DNA from: Thermodesulfobacteriota bacterium
GTDB taxonomy: Bacteria; Desulfobacterota_D; UBA1144; Nemesobacterales; UBA2774
Direction of reading: 5' to 3'
NCBI GenBank assembly: GCA_965223335.1
Contig: OZ244991.1
Location: forward strand, 448,001-512,000
Length of the DNA stretch: 64,000 nucleotides
The translations under genes were made by a program, and so were the position numbers. The notes beneath the pieces are model-generated. The model did not search any database. It worked only from the letters and a program-made list of their open reading frames with translations, and was not told where the DNA came from. Of the stretch, positions 29,921 to 40,346 are shown in pieces; the first letter of the stretch is position 1; the number at the start of each line of letters is the position of its first letter.

Positions 29921-30499
29921 ATGAATAGAACACTGGCATTAATAATCTCGATATTACTGCTTAGCCCCCAAGCACTGGCAGAGATGTATAGGTGCACCGA
30001 TCAATCGGGGAACATTGTTTATTCCACAAGCCCCTGCCCCGAGTCCTCCGCACAGGAGCAGGTAGAAAGATCGGGTCGCGACAATCAAATCACAGTAAAC
30101 ACGGATCAGGCCCAAAAGTATGACTACGAGCAGAACCCTGCTAATTTCGAAGAAACTCAACCAAAAAAGCGATTCAGAAAGATAGACACCATTAGCAGGG
30201 GCAAACCCGTAGATATTAGGGAATACGTCGAGGACGGCAAGTACACGGCTTTTATGTTCTATGCTGACTGGTGCCCCTCGTGCATGCGTGTTAGACCCCA
30301 GGTGCAAAAATATACAAAAGCCGTAAACACCATGGCGCTACGCGAAATCAATATTCTCAACTGGGAATCACCCGTGGTTAAACAGTATGGGATACGCTCT
30401 ATACCTTATTTTTTCGTTTATGGTCCCGACGGCAACCTCATACAGCAAGGCAACCGGATCTCAAACGAGACCTATAAGAAGATTGCTTCAGGGAAATAA
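29921..30499 (+). CDS. Exported DUF4124-like + thioredoxin fusion protein
   Basis: Signal peptide, MYRCTDQSGNIVYSTSPCP, FYADWCPSC, cis-Pro loop SIPYF. Confidence 0.75.
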   Translation: MNRTLALIISILLLSPQALAEMYRCTDQSGNIVYSTSPCPESSAQEQVERSGRDNQITVNTDQAQKYDYEQNPANFEETQPKKRFRKIDTISRGKPVDIREYVEDGKYTAFMFYADWCPSCMRVRPQVQKYTKAVNTMALREINILNWESPVVKQYGIRSIPYFFVYGPDGNLIQQGNRISNETYKKIASGK

Positions 30500-30547
30500 T
30501 CCCAGGGCGCTTTAGCCACCCTTAAGTCCCGCACCAACTTTGTCCGC

Positions 30548-31006
30548 TTATTTATACTCGGCGATCTCGAGCAAAACCCCGTCTGGGTCGTGGAAGTAAC
30601 AGAGCGTCTTGCGCCCGGCATCATGCTTTATGACTGAGCTCGGCACAGCTATGGGGTCACTCACCAGAGGCACACCCGCCTTTTTAAGCCTAGCAGTCAT
30701 ACCCTCTATATCGTCCACTTGGAACGCTATGTGTCTTAGGCCAGGTGTATTTGCCAGAGAGTTTGGTTCCAAGGGTTCCCCTTTAGGAGTCTTATAGGAA
30801 AGCAGCTCTATCCTGGGCTCACCATTAGGTGCTACCACAAAAACAACATCTGCCACAACCCCCTCGATACCCACAATGGACTCTATCCATTCCCCTTCAA
30901 GGTGCGCGCTGTTTATTTTCTCGAGCCCTAAGGTCTCGGTGTAGAACTTCACCGACCTTTCCAAGTCGGTCACTACTATGTTTATATGGTCGACGGCATG
31001 GAGCAT
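30548..31006 (-). CDS. VOC/glyoxalase family protein
   Basis: DHINIVVTDLERSVKFY, GLRHIAFQVDD, YFHDPDGVLLE. Confidence 0.9.
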   Translation of the reverse strand: MLHAVDHINIVVTDLERSVKFYTETLGLEKINSAHLEGEWIESIVGIEGVVADVVFVVAPNGEPRIELLSYKTPKGEPLEPNSLANTPGLRHIAFQVDDIEGMTARLKKAGVPLVSDPIAVPSSVIKHDAGRKTLCYFHDPDGVLLEIAEYK

Positions 31007-31076
31007 AGTTTATTCAGTTAACTGCAAAGGGATTCTAAATACTAATTCTATACCCACCCGTTAACCAACAGTGCTG

Positions 31077-32279
31077 TTAATGGGCTTCGTATTTAACAGT
31101 TTTATCCTTTAGCGCCTCTACGGCTCGCTCAAGCCCCCCCAGTGTGAGCGGAAACATCCGGTCCCCCATAAACTCCTTAAGCATCCCAATGGATTGGGTA
31201 AGCCGCCATTCCTCCACAGGAACAGGGTTTAGCCATATTATGTCTCTGTAGTGGCTCTTTAATCGATTAAGCCACACAAACCCGGCCTCGTCGTTGTTAT
31301 GTTCCACACTGCCGTTTTGATACAAGAGCTCGTACGGGGACATCGACGCATCACCAACAATTATAACTTTGTAATCCTCGTTATAGGTGTTGAGCACATC
31401 GAATGTGGGTATGGTCTCAGACCATCTTCTAGCGTTGTCTTTCCACATATTCTCGTAAAGGCAGTTATGGAAATAGTAGTGCTCTAGGTGCTTGAACTCA
31501 TATTTAGCTGCGGAGAATAGCCTCGAGCATAGCTCAATATGGTCATCCATAGACCCACCTATATCGAGCAACAACAGCACCTTCACATTGTTCTTTTTTG
31601 CCGCTACCATCTCGAGTTCCAAAAGCCCGGCATTCTTGGATGTTCTATCAATTGTTTTATCTAGATCGAGCTCCTCTTTTGTACCTTCTCTTGTTAGTAT
31701 ACGAAGCCTACGCAAAGCCATTTTCATGTTACGGGTTTGTAGTTCGACACTGTCGTCAAGGTCCCTAAACTCTCTTTTGTCCCAGACTTTAACAGCCCTC
31801 CGGTGTCGGCTTTCATCCTGGCCGATTCTTATGCCTTCCGGATTGTAACCGTACGCCCCAAAGGGTGATGTGCCGCCGGTTCCGATCCATTTATTGCCGC
31901 CCTGGTGTTTCTTTTTCTGAGTCTTCATCAACTCCTTTAGACGCTCGAGTAGTTTGTCCAGGCCCCCCATGGCCTTGATCATCTCTTTTTCTTCATCCGT
32001 AAGCGCATTTACAAAACTCTTTTTCAACCACTCCTCGGGGATTTTCATAAACTGTTCGTTATCGATTTTCTCGATCCCCTCAAAGTAATAGCCAAACAGT
32101 ATGTCGAACCTGTCCAAATGGTATTCGTGTTTGATAAGCGCACTGCGGCAGAGGTAATAGAAATCATCCACGCGATACTCGACGACCTCGCGGTCAAGCG
32201 CTTCAAGAAAAGTTAGATACTCCTTTATTGTTACCGGGATACCGTCGTTCTTAAGAAGTAGGAAAAAATCGAGAAACAT
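31077..32279 (-). CDS. VWA domain protein (CoxE-like), partner of the MoxR ATPase
   Basis: HQGGNKWIGTGGTSPFG, MIDAS-like DIGGSM, YFHNC, VGDASMSPYE, WLNP. Confidence 0.88.
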   Translation of the reverse strand: MFLDFFLLLKNDGIPVTIKEYLTFLEALDREVVEYRVDDFYYLCRSALIKHEYHLDRFDILFGYYFEGIEKIDNEQFMKIPEEWLKKSFVNALTDEEKEMIKAMGGLDKLLERLKELMKTQKKKHQGGNKWIGTGGTSPFGAYGYNPEGIRIGQDESRHRRAVKVWDKREFRDLDDSVELQTRNMKMALRRLRILTREGTKEELDLDKTIDRTSKNAGLLELEMVAAKKNNVKVLLLLDIGGSMDDHIELCSRLFSAAKYEFKHLEHYYFHNCLYENMWKDNARRWSETIPTFDVLNTYNEDYKVIIVGDASMSPYELLYQNGSVEHNNDEAGFVWLNRLKSHYRDIIWLNPVPVEEWRLTQSIGMLKEFMGDRMFPLTLGGLERAVEALKDKTVKYEAH

Positions 32280-32309
32280 AATTGCCCCCCCAGACTAAAT
32301 AAGGCCTAA

Positions 32310-33146
32310 CTAACGCCTAAACCGCATTCTGATACGAGCTAGCATATCGTGGTCCTGTTCGTTCTTGAGCAAGGCACCTGCAAATGGAGGCAGGGTCTCG
32401 GTCAGGTCCAGGCTCTCTAACTCCTGCGCAGTAATCTCCCCCACCATTATGAGCTTTAGCCAGTCGATGAGCTCGCTTGTTGAGGGTTTCTTTTTTAGCC
32501 CATCTACCTCGCGCAGCTCGTAAAACACATTAAGGGCGCTCTGTATGAGTTTGTTTTTGAGTTTGGGGTAGTGAACTTTCACTATTGCCGTGAGTGTATC
32601 GCGGTCGGGGAAACTGATGTAATGAAAAAAGCATCTCCGCAAAAATGCGTCGGGCAGCTCTTTTTCGTTGTTAGATGTGATGATTATTATAGGGCGTATT
32701 TTTGCCCTTACAGATTCCTTAAGTTCGTAGCAATAGAACTCCATTTTATCGAGCTCTAATAGCAGGTCGTTGGGGAACTCAATATCGGCCTTATCTATCT
32801 CGTCGATAAGCAACACAACCTGTTTTGTCGATTCGAATGCCTCCCACAGCTTGCCTTTTTCAATGTAGTTGGCGATATCGCTTACACGTTCGTCTCCAAG
32901 CTGCGAATCCCGCAGCCTGGAAACTGCGTCATACTCATAGAGTCCCTGCTGTGCTGTGGTAGAGGACTTAATGTGCCAGGTGATGATATCCTTGCCAAGT
33001 GCCTCCGCTACCTCAAAAGCAAGCATGGTTTTACCAGTCCCGGGCTCACCCTTGATCAAGAGTGGGCGTTCGAGTGTTATCGAGGCATTAACCGCAAGGT
33101 TAAGGTCCCTAGTAGATATATAATTTTCAGTTCCTTCAAATTTCAT
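32310..33146 (-). CDS. MoxR-family AAA+ ATPase
   Basis: GEPGTGKT, LLIDEIDKAD, TSNNEKELPDAFLRRC. Confidence 0.92.
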   Translation of the reverse strand: MKFEGTENYISTRDLNLAVNASITLERPLLIKGEPGTGKTMLAFEVAEALGKDIITWHIKSSTTAQQGLYEYDAVSRLRDSQLGDERVSDIANYIEKGKLWEAFESTKQVVLLIDEIDKADIEFPNDLLLELDKMEFYCYELKESVRAKIRPIIIITSNNEKELPDAFLRRCFFHYISFPDRDTLTAIVKVHYPKLKNKLIQSALNVFYELREVDGLKKKPSTSELIDWLKLIMVGEITAQELESLDLTETLPPFAGALLKNEQDHDMLARIRMRFRR

Positions 33147-33255
33147 GGTTTGCTCTTTCTACGGACTATACATGCCCATGTTAGACTGAAAATTATACTT
33201 TTGTTAATACTCCTTATCAAATTGAAGGCCCAACATGTAACAGAATTAACCGTTA

Positions 33256-35106
33256 TCAGACCGCAACTTTTTCAAGCAGCGCATAGACCCGGTCCACCAT
33301 CTTTCTGGGGTCTTCCAAAAAACCGGCTGCAATAAGCGTGTTATCGAATATCTGCTCAGACACAAGCTTTGCCAGGTCCCCGTCCTTTTCTATCAACACT
33401 CCCAGTGATTTTATCAAATCGTGTCGGGGGTTAAGCTCAAGGTCGATGGAGTTCTTCATACCGACTTCCTGCTTCATGGCCTTCATCATCCGTCTCATCG
33501 ACGGGGTAAGAGCCTTATCAGCGTTAAGCGCCAACGCCGGGCTATCCACCAGGCGTTTGCTCATGCGCACCTCATTTACCTCGTCTCCCAATGCCTCTTT
33601 TACAAACTCACACAGTTTGTCCGCATCCTCTTTCGCGATCGCGTCCTTTTCTGTACCGGCATCGACTTCGCTTGCCGTTATATCGGCATTATCTACTGAT
33701 ATCAACTCTTTATCGTCAAATTTCTGCAGACTTGTCATCACAAACTCGTCTACCGGCTCAAACATATATAGAACCTCAAGCCCCCGTGACTTAAAAGCCT
33801 CCATGTGCGGGCCGCTCTCTAGGGTTTCCCTGTTGGGAGCATATAGGTAATAGATGGCGTCCTGGTCCTCTTTCATCCGCGATACATAGTCCTCGAACTT
33901 AGTATAGGTGCCGGGCTCCGTAGCAGACGACTCGTAACGAAGGAGTTTTGAGAGCTGCTCGCGGTTCTTAAAGTCAGCAGCCACACCCTCTTTTACAAAA
34001 AGGCTGAACTCGTTATAGAACTTTTCGTATTTCTCATTGTCCTTATTGGATGCTTCCTCAATAAACTTTATAAACCGCCCGGTTATTACCTGCCCTATCT
34101 TTCCAGCCAGCACGCTGTCCTGCATGGTCTCGCGCGAGATATTTAGCGGGAGGTCGGCACTGTCCACCACACCCTTTAGGAACCGCAGCCAGTCGGGCAA
34201 AAGCCCCTTTGGGCTCTCGTCAATAAGTATTTTTTTGCAATATAGGCTCACACCCGGGTCCAGTTTGCCGAACCCGAATTTCTCGGGGTTATGCTCGGGG
34301 ACAAAAAGCAGAGCGTTTATATCCAGCGGGGCATCAGAGCTAAAGTGCAGAGTATACGAGGGGTCGTCGAATGCGTTGGACTGGAACTTGTAAAACTCCT
34401 TGTACTCATCTTCTGCAACCTCATTTTTATTCCTCATCCAGATAGCCTGGACGTTATTAATCTGCTCCGCGTTTAGCTTTATCGGGAATTGTACAAAGCT
34501 TGAGTATTGTGTCAGCACTTGTTTTACACGTTCCGAGTTTGAAAATTCCTTGAGTTCGTCTTTTAGGTGCACTACTATCCTTGTACCCCTTCTAGCTCCC
34601 TTTGTGGTCTCTATCTCGTATGTGCCCGAACCATCACTCTTCCATAACAGGCTCTTTGCGGTCTTTTTCCAGTTATGCGTATAGACCTCTACACGATCGG
34701 CAACCATAAACACGCTGTAAAACCCTACACCGAACTGGCCAATCAGATTCTCGCTTACCTCGGCCCCTTGCTTCACGGCATTTAGGAACACCTTTGAGCC
34801 CGAATGTGCTATGGTGCCTAGGTTCTCTACGAGTTCATCACGTGTCATACCTATTCCGTGATCCTCAATTGTGATGGTGTTATCTTCCTCATTGGTAAGG
34901 ATGCTTATCTCAAGAGGCAACTCTTCGTCGTATATATCCGTTTCGGTCTGCTGCAGATAACGTAGCTTCTCCAATGCATCGGATGCGTTTGATACGAGCT
35001 CTCGAATAAATACCTCTTTATCTGTATAGAGAGAGTTGATTACAATATCCAGTACCTGCTTAACCTCAGCCTGGAATTCGTGTTTTTTAGATGATTTTTC
35101 CGCCAT
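33256..35106 (-). CDS. htpG: Hsp90 chaperone
   Basis: FQAEV, FIRELVSNASDA, IGQFGVGFYS, LPLNISRE. Confidence 0.97.
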   Translation of the reverse strand: MAEKSSKKHEFQAEVKQVLDIVINSLYTDKEVFIRELVSNASDALEKLRYLQQTETDIYDEELPLEISILTNEEDNTITIEDHGIGMTRDELVENLGTIAHSGSKVFLNAVKQGAEVSENLIGQFGVGFYSVFMVADRVEVYTHNWKKTAKSLLWKSDGSGTYEIETTKGARRGTRIVVHLKDELKEFSNSERVKQVLTQYSSFVQFPIKLNAEQINNVQAIWMRNKNEVAEDEYKEFYKFQSNAFDDPSYTLHFSSDAPLDINALLFVPEHNPEKFGFGKLDPGVSLYCKKILIDESPKGLLPDWLRFLKGVVDSADLPLNISRETMQDSVLAGKIGQVITGRFIKFIEEASNKDNEKYEKFYNEFSLFVKEGVAADFKNREQLSKLLRYESSATEPGTYTKFEDYVSRMKEDQDAIYYLYAPNRETLESGPHMEAFKSRGLEVLYMFEPVDEFVMTSLQKFDDKELISVDNADITASEVDAGTEKDAIAKEDADKLCEFVKEALGDEVNEVRMSKRLVDSPALALNADKALTPSMRRMMKAMKQEVGMKNSIDLELNPRHDLIKSLGVLIEKDGDLAKLVSEQIFDNTLIAAGFLEDPRKMVDRVYALLEKVAV

Positions 35107-35236
35107 CTTTACTGGTACTCCTCCTGTGCTGTTTCATGTTAATAGTATAAGAATGGTTTATTAGAAAATATTCATTTGCAAGAAATTTTCAAGGGGCGAC
35201 AGTGCCTTAAGCTAATACAATCGGGGTCTGAGCTGC

Positions 35237-35944
35237 CTATATACTACCCTCCAGATAGGCCTTACGCTTCGGCTCGGGGAACCTTTCTATTGCATACCTT
35301 AGCATCGTACGCGGCATCGTCTTATAATGCTTTTTCAGAAATGCTTCTTCGCTCGATAGATCACGCTTTCCTACCTCGCGTAGCATCCACCCAACGGCTT
35401 TTTGAATCAAATCTTCTTTATCCTCTACCAACATCCGGGCAATTTGAAGCGTCTCATCGAACATACCTTTCTTAATGTAATGATACGTGGCCATGATAGA
35501 GACTCTCCTCTCCCAGAGCTCCTTAGACCTCGCAAGTTCATAGAGGAGTTTTTTGTCACCCCCCAAGATATATGCCCCCACAATGTGCTCCGCCGAGCAG
35601 TCAACGAGATCCCAATTGTTGACATGCTCAATGTTGTCTAAATACAGATTGAATATGCGTTTTCGAGCGGTACTATCCGATGCCTTGTACATTAGTACTA
35701 GTATAAATAAGGCCAATTGTCTTTCTTCGTGGATTTGAGAGCCGAGCAGTAAAAGCACGGTATTTAAATCTGCGTCCTTATATTTCCGAGAGAGTTTCCT
35801 TAACACTGGGACTTTGACACCAATAAACCTATCGCCCTCCCCATACTCGCCGGGGCCTGTTTTGAAAAACCGTCTGGACACCCGTGCCCTGTTTTCGTCC
35901 GCAGAATTACTTAACTCGGCACGGATCTCGTCTACCAGCTTCAT
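35237..35944 (-). CDS. DNA alkylation repair protein (AlkD-like glycosylase)
   Basis: FFKTGPGEYGEGD, NNWDLVD, WERR, KAVGWMLRE, RTMLRYAIE. Confidence 0.9.
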   Translation of the reverse strand: MKLVDEIRAELSNSADENRARVSRRFFKTGPGEYGEGDRFIGVKVPVLRKLSRKYKDADLNTVLLLLGSQIHEERQLALFILVLMYKASDSTARKRIFNLYLDNIEHVNNWDLVDCSAEHIVGAYILGGDKKLLYELARSKELWERRVSIMATYHYIKKGMFDETLQIARMLVEDKEDLIQKAVGWMLREVGKRDLSSEEAFLKKHYKTMPRTMLRYAIERFPEPKRKAYLEGSI

Positions 35945-35949
35945 AGCTC

Positions 35950-36882
35950 TTAGGTATTGGGTGGTGAAACCAGTGCTTTAGCCATTGGTTCCGATTCGAT
36001 ATATATGCGCTTTATCTGAGAGAAACGGGATTTTATCTCTTTATCGATCTGTCCGATCACCGATTCCACTCTCGCTGCCGTGACGCTGTCTCTAAAATCT
36101 ATACTCATATTGACCAGGATGAAATCCGGGCCCATATGCAGAGTGAGGACCTCGTTTACATGCTCGACCTCTTCATAATCCCCTATGATGTCTCGTATCC
36201 CAATTACGATTGACTCGTTTGCACTCTCGCCTATCAATAGCCCCTTTGTCTCATACGCTAGCCATATTGCGGTGCCGGCAAGTATGAGTCCGATCACCAC
36301 AGACGCGGCTCCGTCAAAATAGGGAATACCTGTAACCTCTCCCAAGAAAATCCCCAAGAACGCCACCACCAGACCAAGCATAGCGGCGGAATCCTCAAAG
36401 AGCACAACAAATATCGATGGGTCTTTGGCCCTGCTCACCGCAGTCAGATAATCCCACTTGCCTTTTGCCTTTGTGAACTCTTTGAATGCGAAGTACCATG
36501 CCGCACCTTCAAAAACCAAAGCAAACCCGATTACTATGTAATTGATGTGCGGGCTCTCAACCGGGCGAGGGTGCATAAGGTGGCTTATTCCCTCGTATAT
36601 CGAAATACCCGCACCCAGTGCAAAAATGAGTATCGCTACAATAAAACTCCAGAAATATATCTCTTTTCCGTACCCGAACGGGAATTTCGAATCGGCGGGC
36701 TTCTTAGACCGGTTAATACCGTGGAGCATAAGTACCTGGTTGCCCGTATCCACCACCGAGTGTATACCCTCGGACAGCATCGCCGAGCTACCCGTGATAG
36801 CAGCGGCTATAAATTTGGTGATAGATATAAGACCGTTGCCGATCAGTGCCGCATAGATAACCTTTTTAGAAGAAGACGCCAT
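35950..36882 (-). CDS. Cation diffusion facilitator transporter
   Basis: SAMLSEGIHSVVDTGNQ, PFGYGKE, FEDSAA, C-terminal metal-binding domain. Confidence 0.92.
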   Translation of the reverse strand: MASSSKKVIYAALIGNGLISITKFIAAAITGSSAMLSEGIHSVVDTGNQVLMLHGINRSKKPADSKFPFGYGKEIYFWSFIVAILIFALGAGISIYEGISHLMHPRPVESPHINYIVIGFALVFEGAAWYFAFKEFTKAKGKWDYLTAVSRAKDPSIFVVLFEDSAAMLGLVVAFLGIFLGEVTGIPYFDGAASVVIGLILAGTAIWLAYETKGLLIGESANESIVIGIRDIIGDYEEVEHVNEVLTLHMGPDFILVNMSIDFRDSVTAARVESVIGQIDKEIKSRFSQIKRIYIESEPMAKALVSPPNT

Positions 36883-37046
36883 AGCTTCGAGTGTGTGGGA
36901 TCAATATGTCAGAAGTAAAGATTATTCATAAAACATCATGGAACAATCTAACAATAATGGCTGAATTATCAAGACGTATTCATAACTTTTATTATAAATC
37001 ATACTAAATAATGTATAATTCCCCTTTAGCCGCAAGTAGAGCTGAT

Positions 37047-38447
37047 ATGAAAAAGTCCAGGTCACAAACTGTTTTCGTATGCCAGAGCTGTGGCAGTATG
37101 TCGCCTAAATGGCTGGGTAAATGCCCCGACTGTTCGAGTTGGAACAGCTACGTTGAAGAGACGACTGCGCCTGGGGTAAAAGCCCAGAAACTAACACCCT
37201 CCCAAAACCCTGTAAAAATCCGTGAGATCGAGAGCAAACAAGAGACACGAATCCTAACAAAGAACACAGAGCTTGACAGGGTACTCGGAGGAGGGCTCGT
37301 GCCCGGCTCCGTAGTGCTTGTGGGCGGTGACCCGGGTATTGGCAAATCAACACTGGCTCTAGAGATGCTGAACAAAATAGGCAAGCATTCTAAACCATCT
37401 AAAAGTAAGCAAGCGAACCGCTCCGAAGAGTTGCTGTACGTTACGGGAGAAGAATCCCCCGAGCAGGTAAAACTGAGAGCCGAGAGGATAGGTGTGGACT
37501 CGGACTCACTCTATGTACTTGCCGAGACCTCTGTGGAAAACATAATTGCTCACGCGGCCGCTATGAACCCTGCCATCATAGTAGTGGACTCGGTCCAGAC
37601 CGTCTTTACCAACGTGCTCTCCTCTGCGCCGGGCAGCGTGGGTCAGATCCGTGAGTGCGCCTCGAATTTAATGCAGTTGGCCAAAACCACAGGCACCGGC
37701 GTGTTTCTTGTCGGGCACGTCACCAAAGACGGGGCCATTGCCGGACCCAAGGTGCTCGAGCACCTGGTCGACACGGTACTATACTTCGAGGGCGGGAAAG
37801 ACCACCCTTACAGGATACTAAGGGCTGTAAAAAACCGGTTCGGCTCAACAAACGAGATCGGTGTGTTTGAGATGTTAGACAGCGGTCTTGAGGAGGTTAA
37901 AAACCCCTCCGAGATATTTTTGTCCGAACGGCCCGACAATACCTCGGGCTCAGTCGTTACACCCAGCATCGAGGGCACACGTCCTATTTTTGTGGAGCTG
38001 CAGGCCTTGGTTTCCCCATCCTCATACGGGGTGCCCCGACGCACCACAATCGGTATAGATCCAAACCGCGTGTCTCTGCTCCTCGCAGTGCTCGAGAAAC
38101 GAGCAGGGCTCCAGATCCTCGGTCAAGACGTTTTTATGAACGTAGCGGGCGGGGTAAAAATCGAAGAACCCGCAATTGATCTCGCAATGTGCGTTGCTCT
38201 GGTATCGACCTTTCTCAACAAAACCGTGGAACCTGACATGGTGGTGTTTGGCGAGGTTGGGCTTGCAGGTGAGGTAAGGGGAGTGTCACATGCCCAACTA
38301 CGATTAAAAGAGGCCGAGAAGCTTGGGTTCAAGAAAGCCCTTTTACCAAAAATAGAATTGGAGAGATCGGCTTCAAAGAAAAGCTCAATCGAACTATTAG
38401 GTGTTAGCTCTATAGAGGATGCAATCGAATTGTTCTCTCGATCATAA
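37047..38447 (+). CDS. radA: DNA repair protein RadA/Sms
   Basis: C4 zinc finger, GGDPGIGKS, KNRFG motif, Lon-like C-terminus. Confidence 0.97.
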   Translation: MKKSRSQTVFVCQSCGSMSPKWLGKCPDCSSWNSYVEETTAPGVKAQKLTPSQNPVKIREIESKQETRILTKNTELDRVLGGGLVPGSVVLVGGDPGIGKSTLALEMLNKIGKHSKPSKSKQANRSEELLYVTGEESPEQVKLRAERIGVDSDSLYVLAETSVENIIAHAAAMNPAIIVVDSVQTVFTNVLSSAPGSVGQIRECASNLMQLAKTTGTGVFLVGHVTKDGAIAGPKVLEHLVDTVLYFEGGKDHPYRILRAVKNRFGSTNEIGVFEMLDSGLEEVKNPSEIFLSERPDNTSGSVVTPSIEGTRPIFVELQALVSPSSYGVPRRTTIGIDPNRVSLLLAVLEKRAGLQILGQDVFMNVAGGVKIEEPAIDLAMCVALVSTFLNKTVEPDMVVFGEVGLAGEVRGVSHAQLRLKEAEKLGFKKALLPKIELERSASKKSSIELLGVSSIEDAIELFSRS

Positions 38448-38469
38448 ATAAGAATCAAAAAGGTGAATT

Positions 38470-39294
38470 ATGGATGATATGAATTCTAAAAACCGCCCGA
38501 TCGGGATCTTTGATTCCGGGATAGGCGGACTTACCGTAGCAAAGGAGATACACAAAAGACTTCCCAATGAAAACATCATCTACTTGGGTGATACGGCGCG
38601 TGTGCCATACGGTAACAAATCCCCCCGGACCGTAATTGCATACTCTAAAAGTAATGCAAGGTTTCTAATACAAAACAACATCAAACTGCTTGTAGTCGCT
38701 TGCAACACCGCAAGTGCATCCGCAATCCCCACACTTAGAGACGAGTTAAGCATCCCCGTAATAGGAGTGATAGAACCAGGGGCATCGAAAGCGGCGAGCC
38801 TGACAAACACAAAGAAGATAGGTGTCATCGGCACACCCTCTACAATCAGAAGCAACGCTTACAAAGTAGCGATTGAAAAAATCGACCCGGGAATAGATGT
38901 AGTGTCAAAACCCTGTCCTCTCTTTGTACCGCTTGCCGATGAAGGGTGGACGGAGGGTGAGGTTACGGAGCTAATAGCTAGGGAGTATCTAGGGTCTTTT
39001 GACGACACCGATATCGATGTGCTTGTGCTCGGGTGCACACACTACCCACTCTTAAAACCGATTATTCAAAAAGTAATTGGGACCGATATAAGGTTGGTCG
39101 ACTCGGCCGAGGAAACATCCGAGGCCGTTGCCAATGCACTGCATATACACAATATCCAGTGCTCAGAGAACAAAAAACCAGAGAGACAGTACTATCTGAC
39201 TGACGTCTCCGACTCATTTATATCCGTAGCCCAGAGGTTCCTGGGACAAGAGATAAACCATGTAGAGATGGTCGATATTGTAGACGTAACTTGA
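38470..39294 (+). CDS. murI: Glutamate racemase
   Basis: FDSGIGGLTV, PYG, VACNTAS, LGCTHYP. Confidence 0.97.
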   Translation: MDDMNSKNRPIGIFDSGIGGLTVAKEIHKRLPNENIIYLGDTARVPYGNKSPRTVIAYSKSNARFLIQNNIKLLVVACNTASASAIPTLRDELSIPVIGVIEPGASKAASLTNTKKIGVIGTPSTIRSNAYKVAIEKIDPGIDVVSKPCPLFVPLADEGWTEGEVTELIAREYLGSFDDTDIDVLVLGCTHYPLLKPIIQKVIGTDIRLVDSAEETSEAVANALHIHNIQCSENKKPERQYYLTDVSDSFISVAQRFLGQEINHVEMVDIVDVT

Positions 39295-39319
39295 GTGGCG
39301 AGCAGCTCGGTCTACTCTA

Positions 39320-40315
39320 CTACCCCTCTGATACCAGTGTCTTTACCTTGTCAGTAAACGGAGGGAGCACATCGAACAGGTCTCCTACAACCCCGTAGTC
39401 ACACTTTTGGAATATAGGCGCATCGGGGTCTTTGTTTATAGCCACGATAATTTTAGAAGAGCCCATACCCGCGAAGTGTTGTACAGATCCCGAAATCGCA
39501 ATAGCTATATATAGGTTGGGCGATACGGCCTTACCGGTCTGTCCGACCTGCATATCATAGGGGCAGTACCCAGCGTCAACAGCGGCACGCGTAGCCCCCA
39601 CCGCAGCACCTAGAATATCGGCAAGGTCATATACGTATTTGAAGTTTTCTTCGCTTGCAAGCCCTCGTCCACCCGACACGACCCTTTCGGCCTCTGTTAG
39701 TTCCGGCCTGTCGGACTCCTTAGTCTGGAGCTCTATGACCTTGGTCTTGATATCGCCTGGACTAATATCTATCGCTTCGTTAATGACTTCCGGTTGTTTA
39801 GGGTCTTCCTCGGCCTTAAATGAGTTGGGCCTTACAGTGGACATCATGGGAGTGTGGTCGTGGAAAACCTGAGTAGGGATTGCTTTACTCGAATGTGAGT
39901 AGCGCTCGATTTTTAGTTTTTTATCGTCGGTGAGTGATATCTCCACCGCATCCATTGTTACACCTGCTCCCACGCGCGCTGCTACGCGGGGGAAATAATC
40001 CTGTCCAAACACCGTGTTACCTGCGAGAACTACAGCAGGGTTATATTTTTTTATAAGTTCGGCAAGTGCTATCGTGTATCCCTCGGTGTTAAAGTCTTTA
40101 AACATTTCGCTGTCTACTACATATACCTTTGCGGCTCCGTACTTACCGAGTTCCTCGGTATGACCCCCTACCCCGGAGCCAATCAATACAGCACAGAGCT
40201 CCCCGCCTATTCCCGCGGCAATCTTGTTTTTAGCCTCCGTAAGCGCCTCGAATGTTACTTTTCTAATACTCCCGTCCAGTTTTAAATCAGCTACTACCCA
40301 AACTTCGTTACTCAT
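39320..40315 (-). CDS. etfA: Electron transfer flavoprotein alpha subunit
   Basis: [41 protein letters not shown]. Confidence 0.95.
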   Translation of the reverse strand: MSNEVWVVADLKLDGSIRKVTFEALTEAKNKIAAGIGGELCAVLIGSGVGGHTEELGKYGAAKVYVVDSEMFKDFNTEGYTIALAELIKKYNPAVVLAGNTVFGQDYFPRVAARVGAGVTMDAVEISLTDDKKLKIERYSHSSKAIPTQVFHDHTPMMSTVRPNSFKAEEDPKQPEVINEAIDISPGDIKTKVIELQTKESDRPELTEAERVVSGGRGLASEENFKYVYDLADILGAAVGATRAAVDAGYCPYDMQVGQTGKAVSPNLYIAIAISGSVQHFAGMGSSKIIVAINKDPDAPIFQKCDYGVVGDLFDVLPPFTDKVKTLVSEG

Positions 40316-40346
40316 TTTAGCCCTCCTAGAATATTCCGATTGACTG

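Noticed and set aside
37375..37430. Basic insertion (KHSKPSKSKQANRSEE) after the RadA Walker A helix
   Set aside because: Probably a variable surface loop; far too short for an intein.
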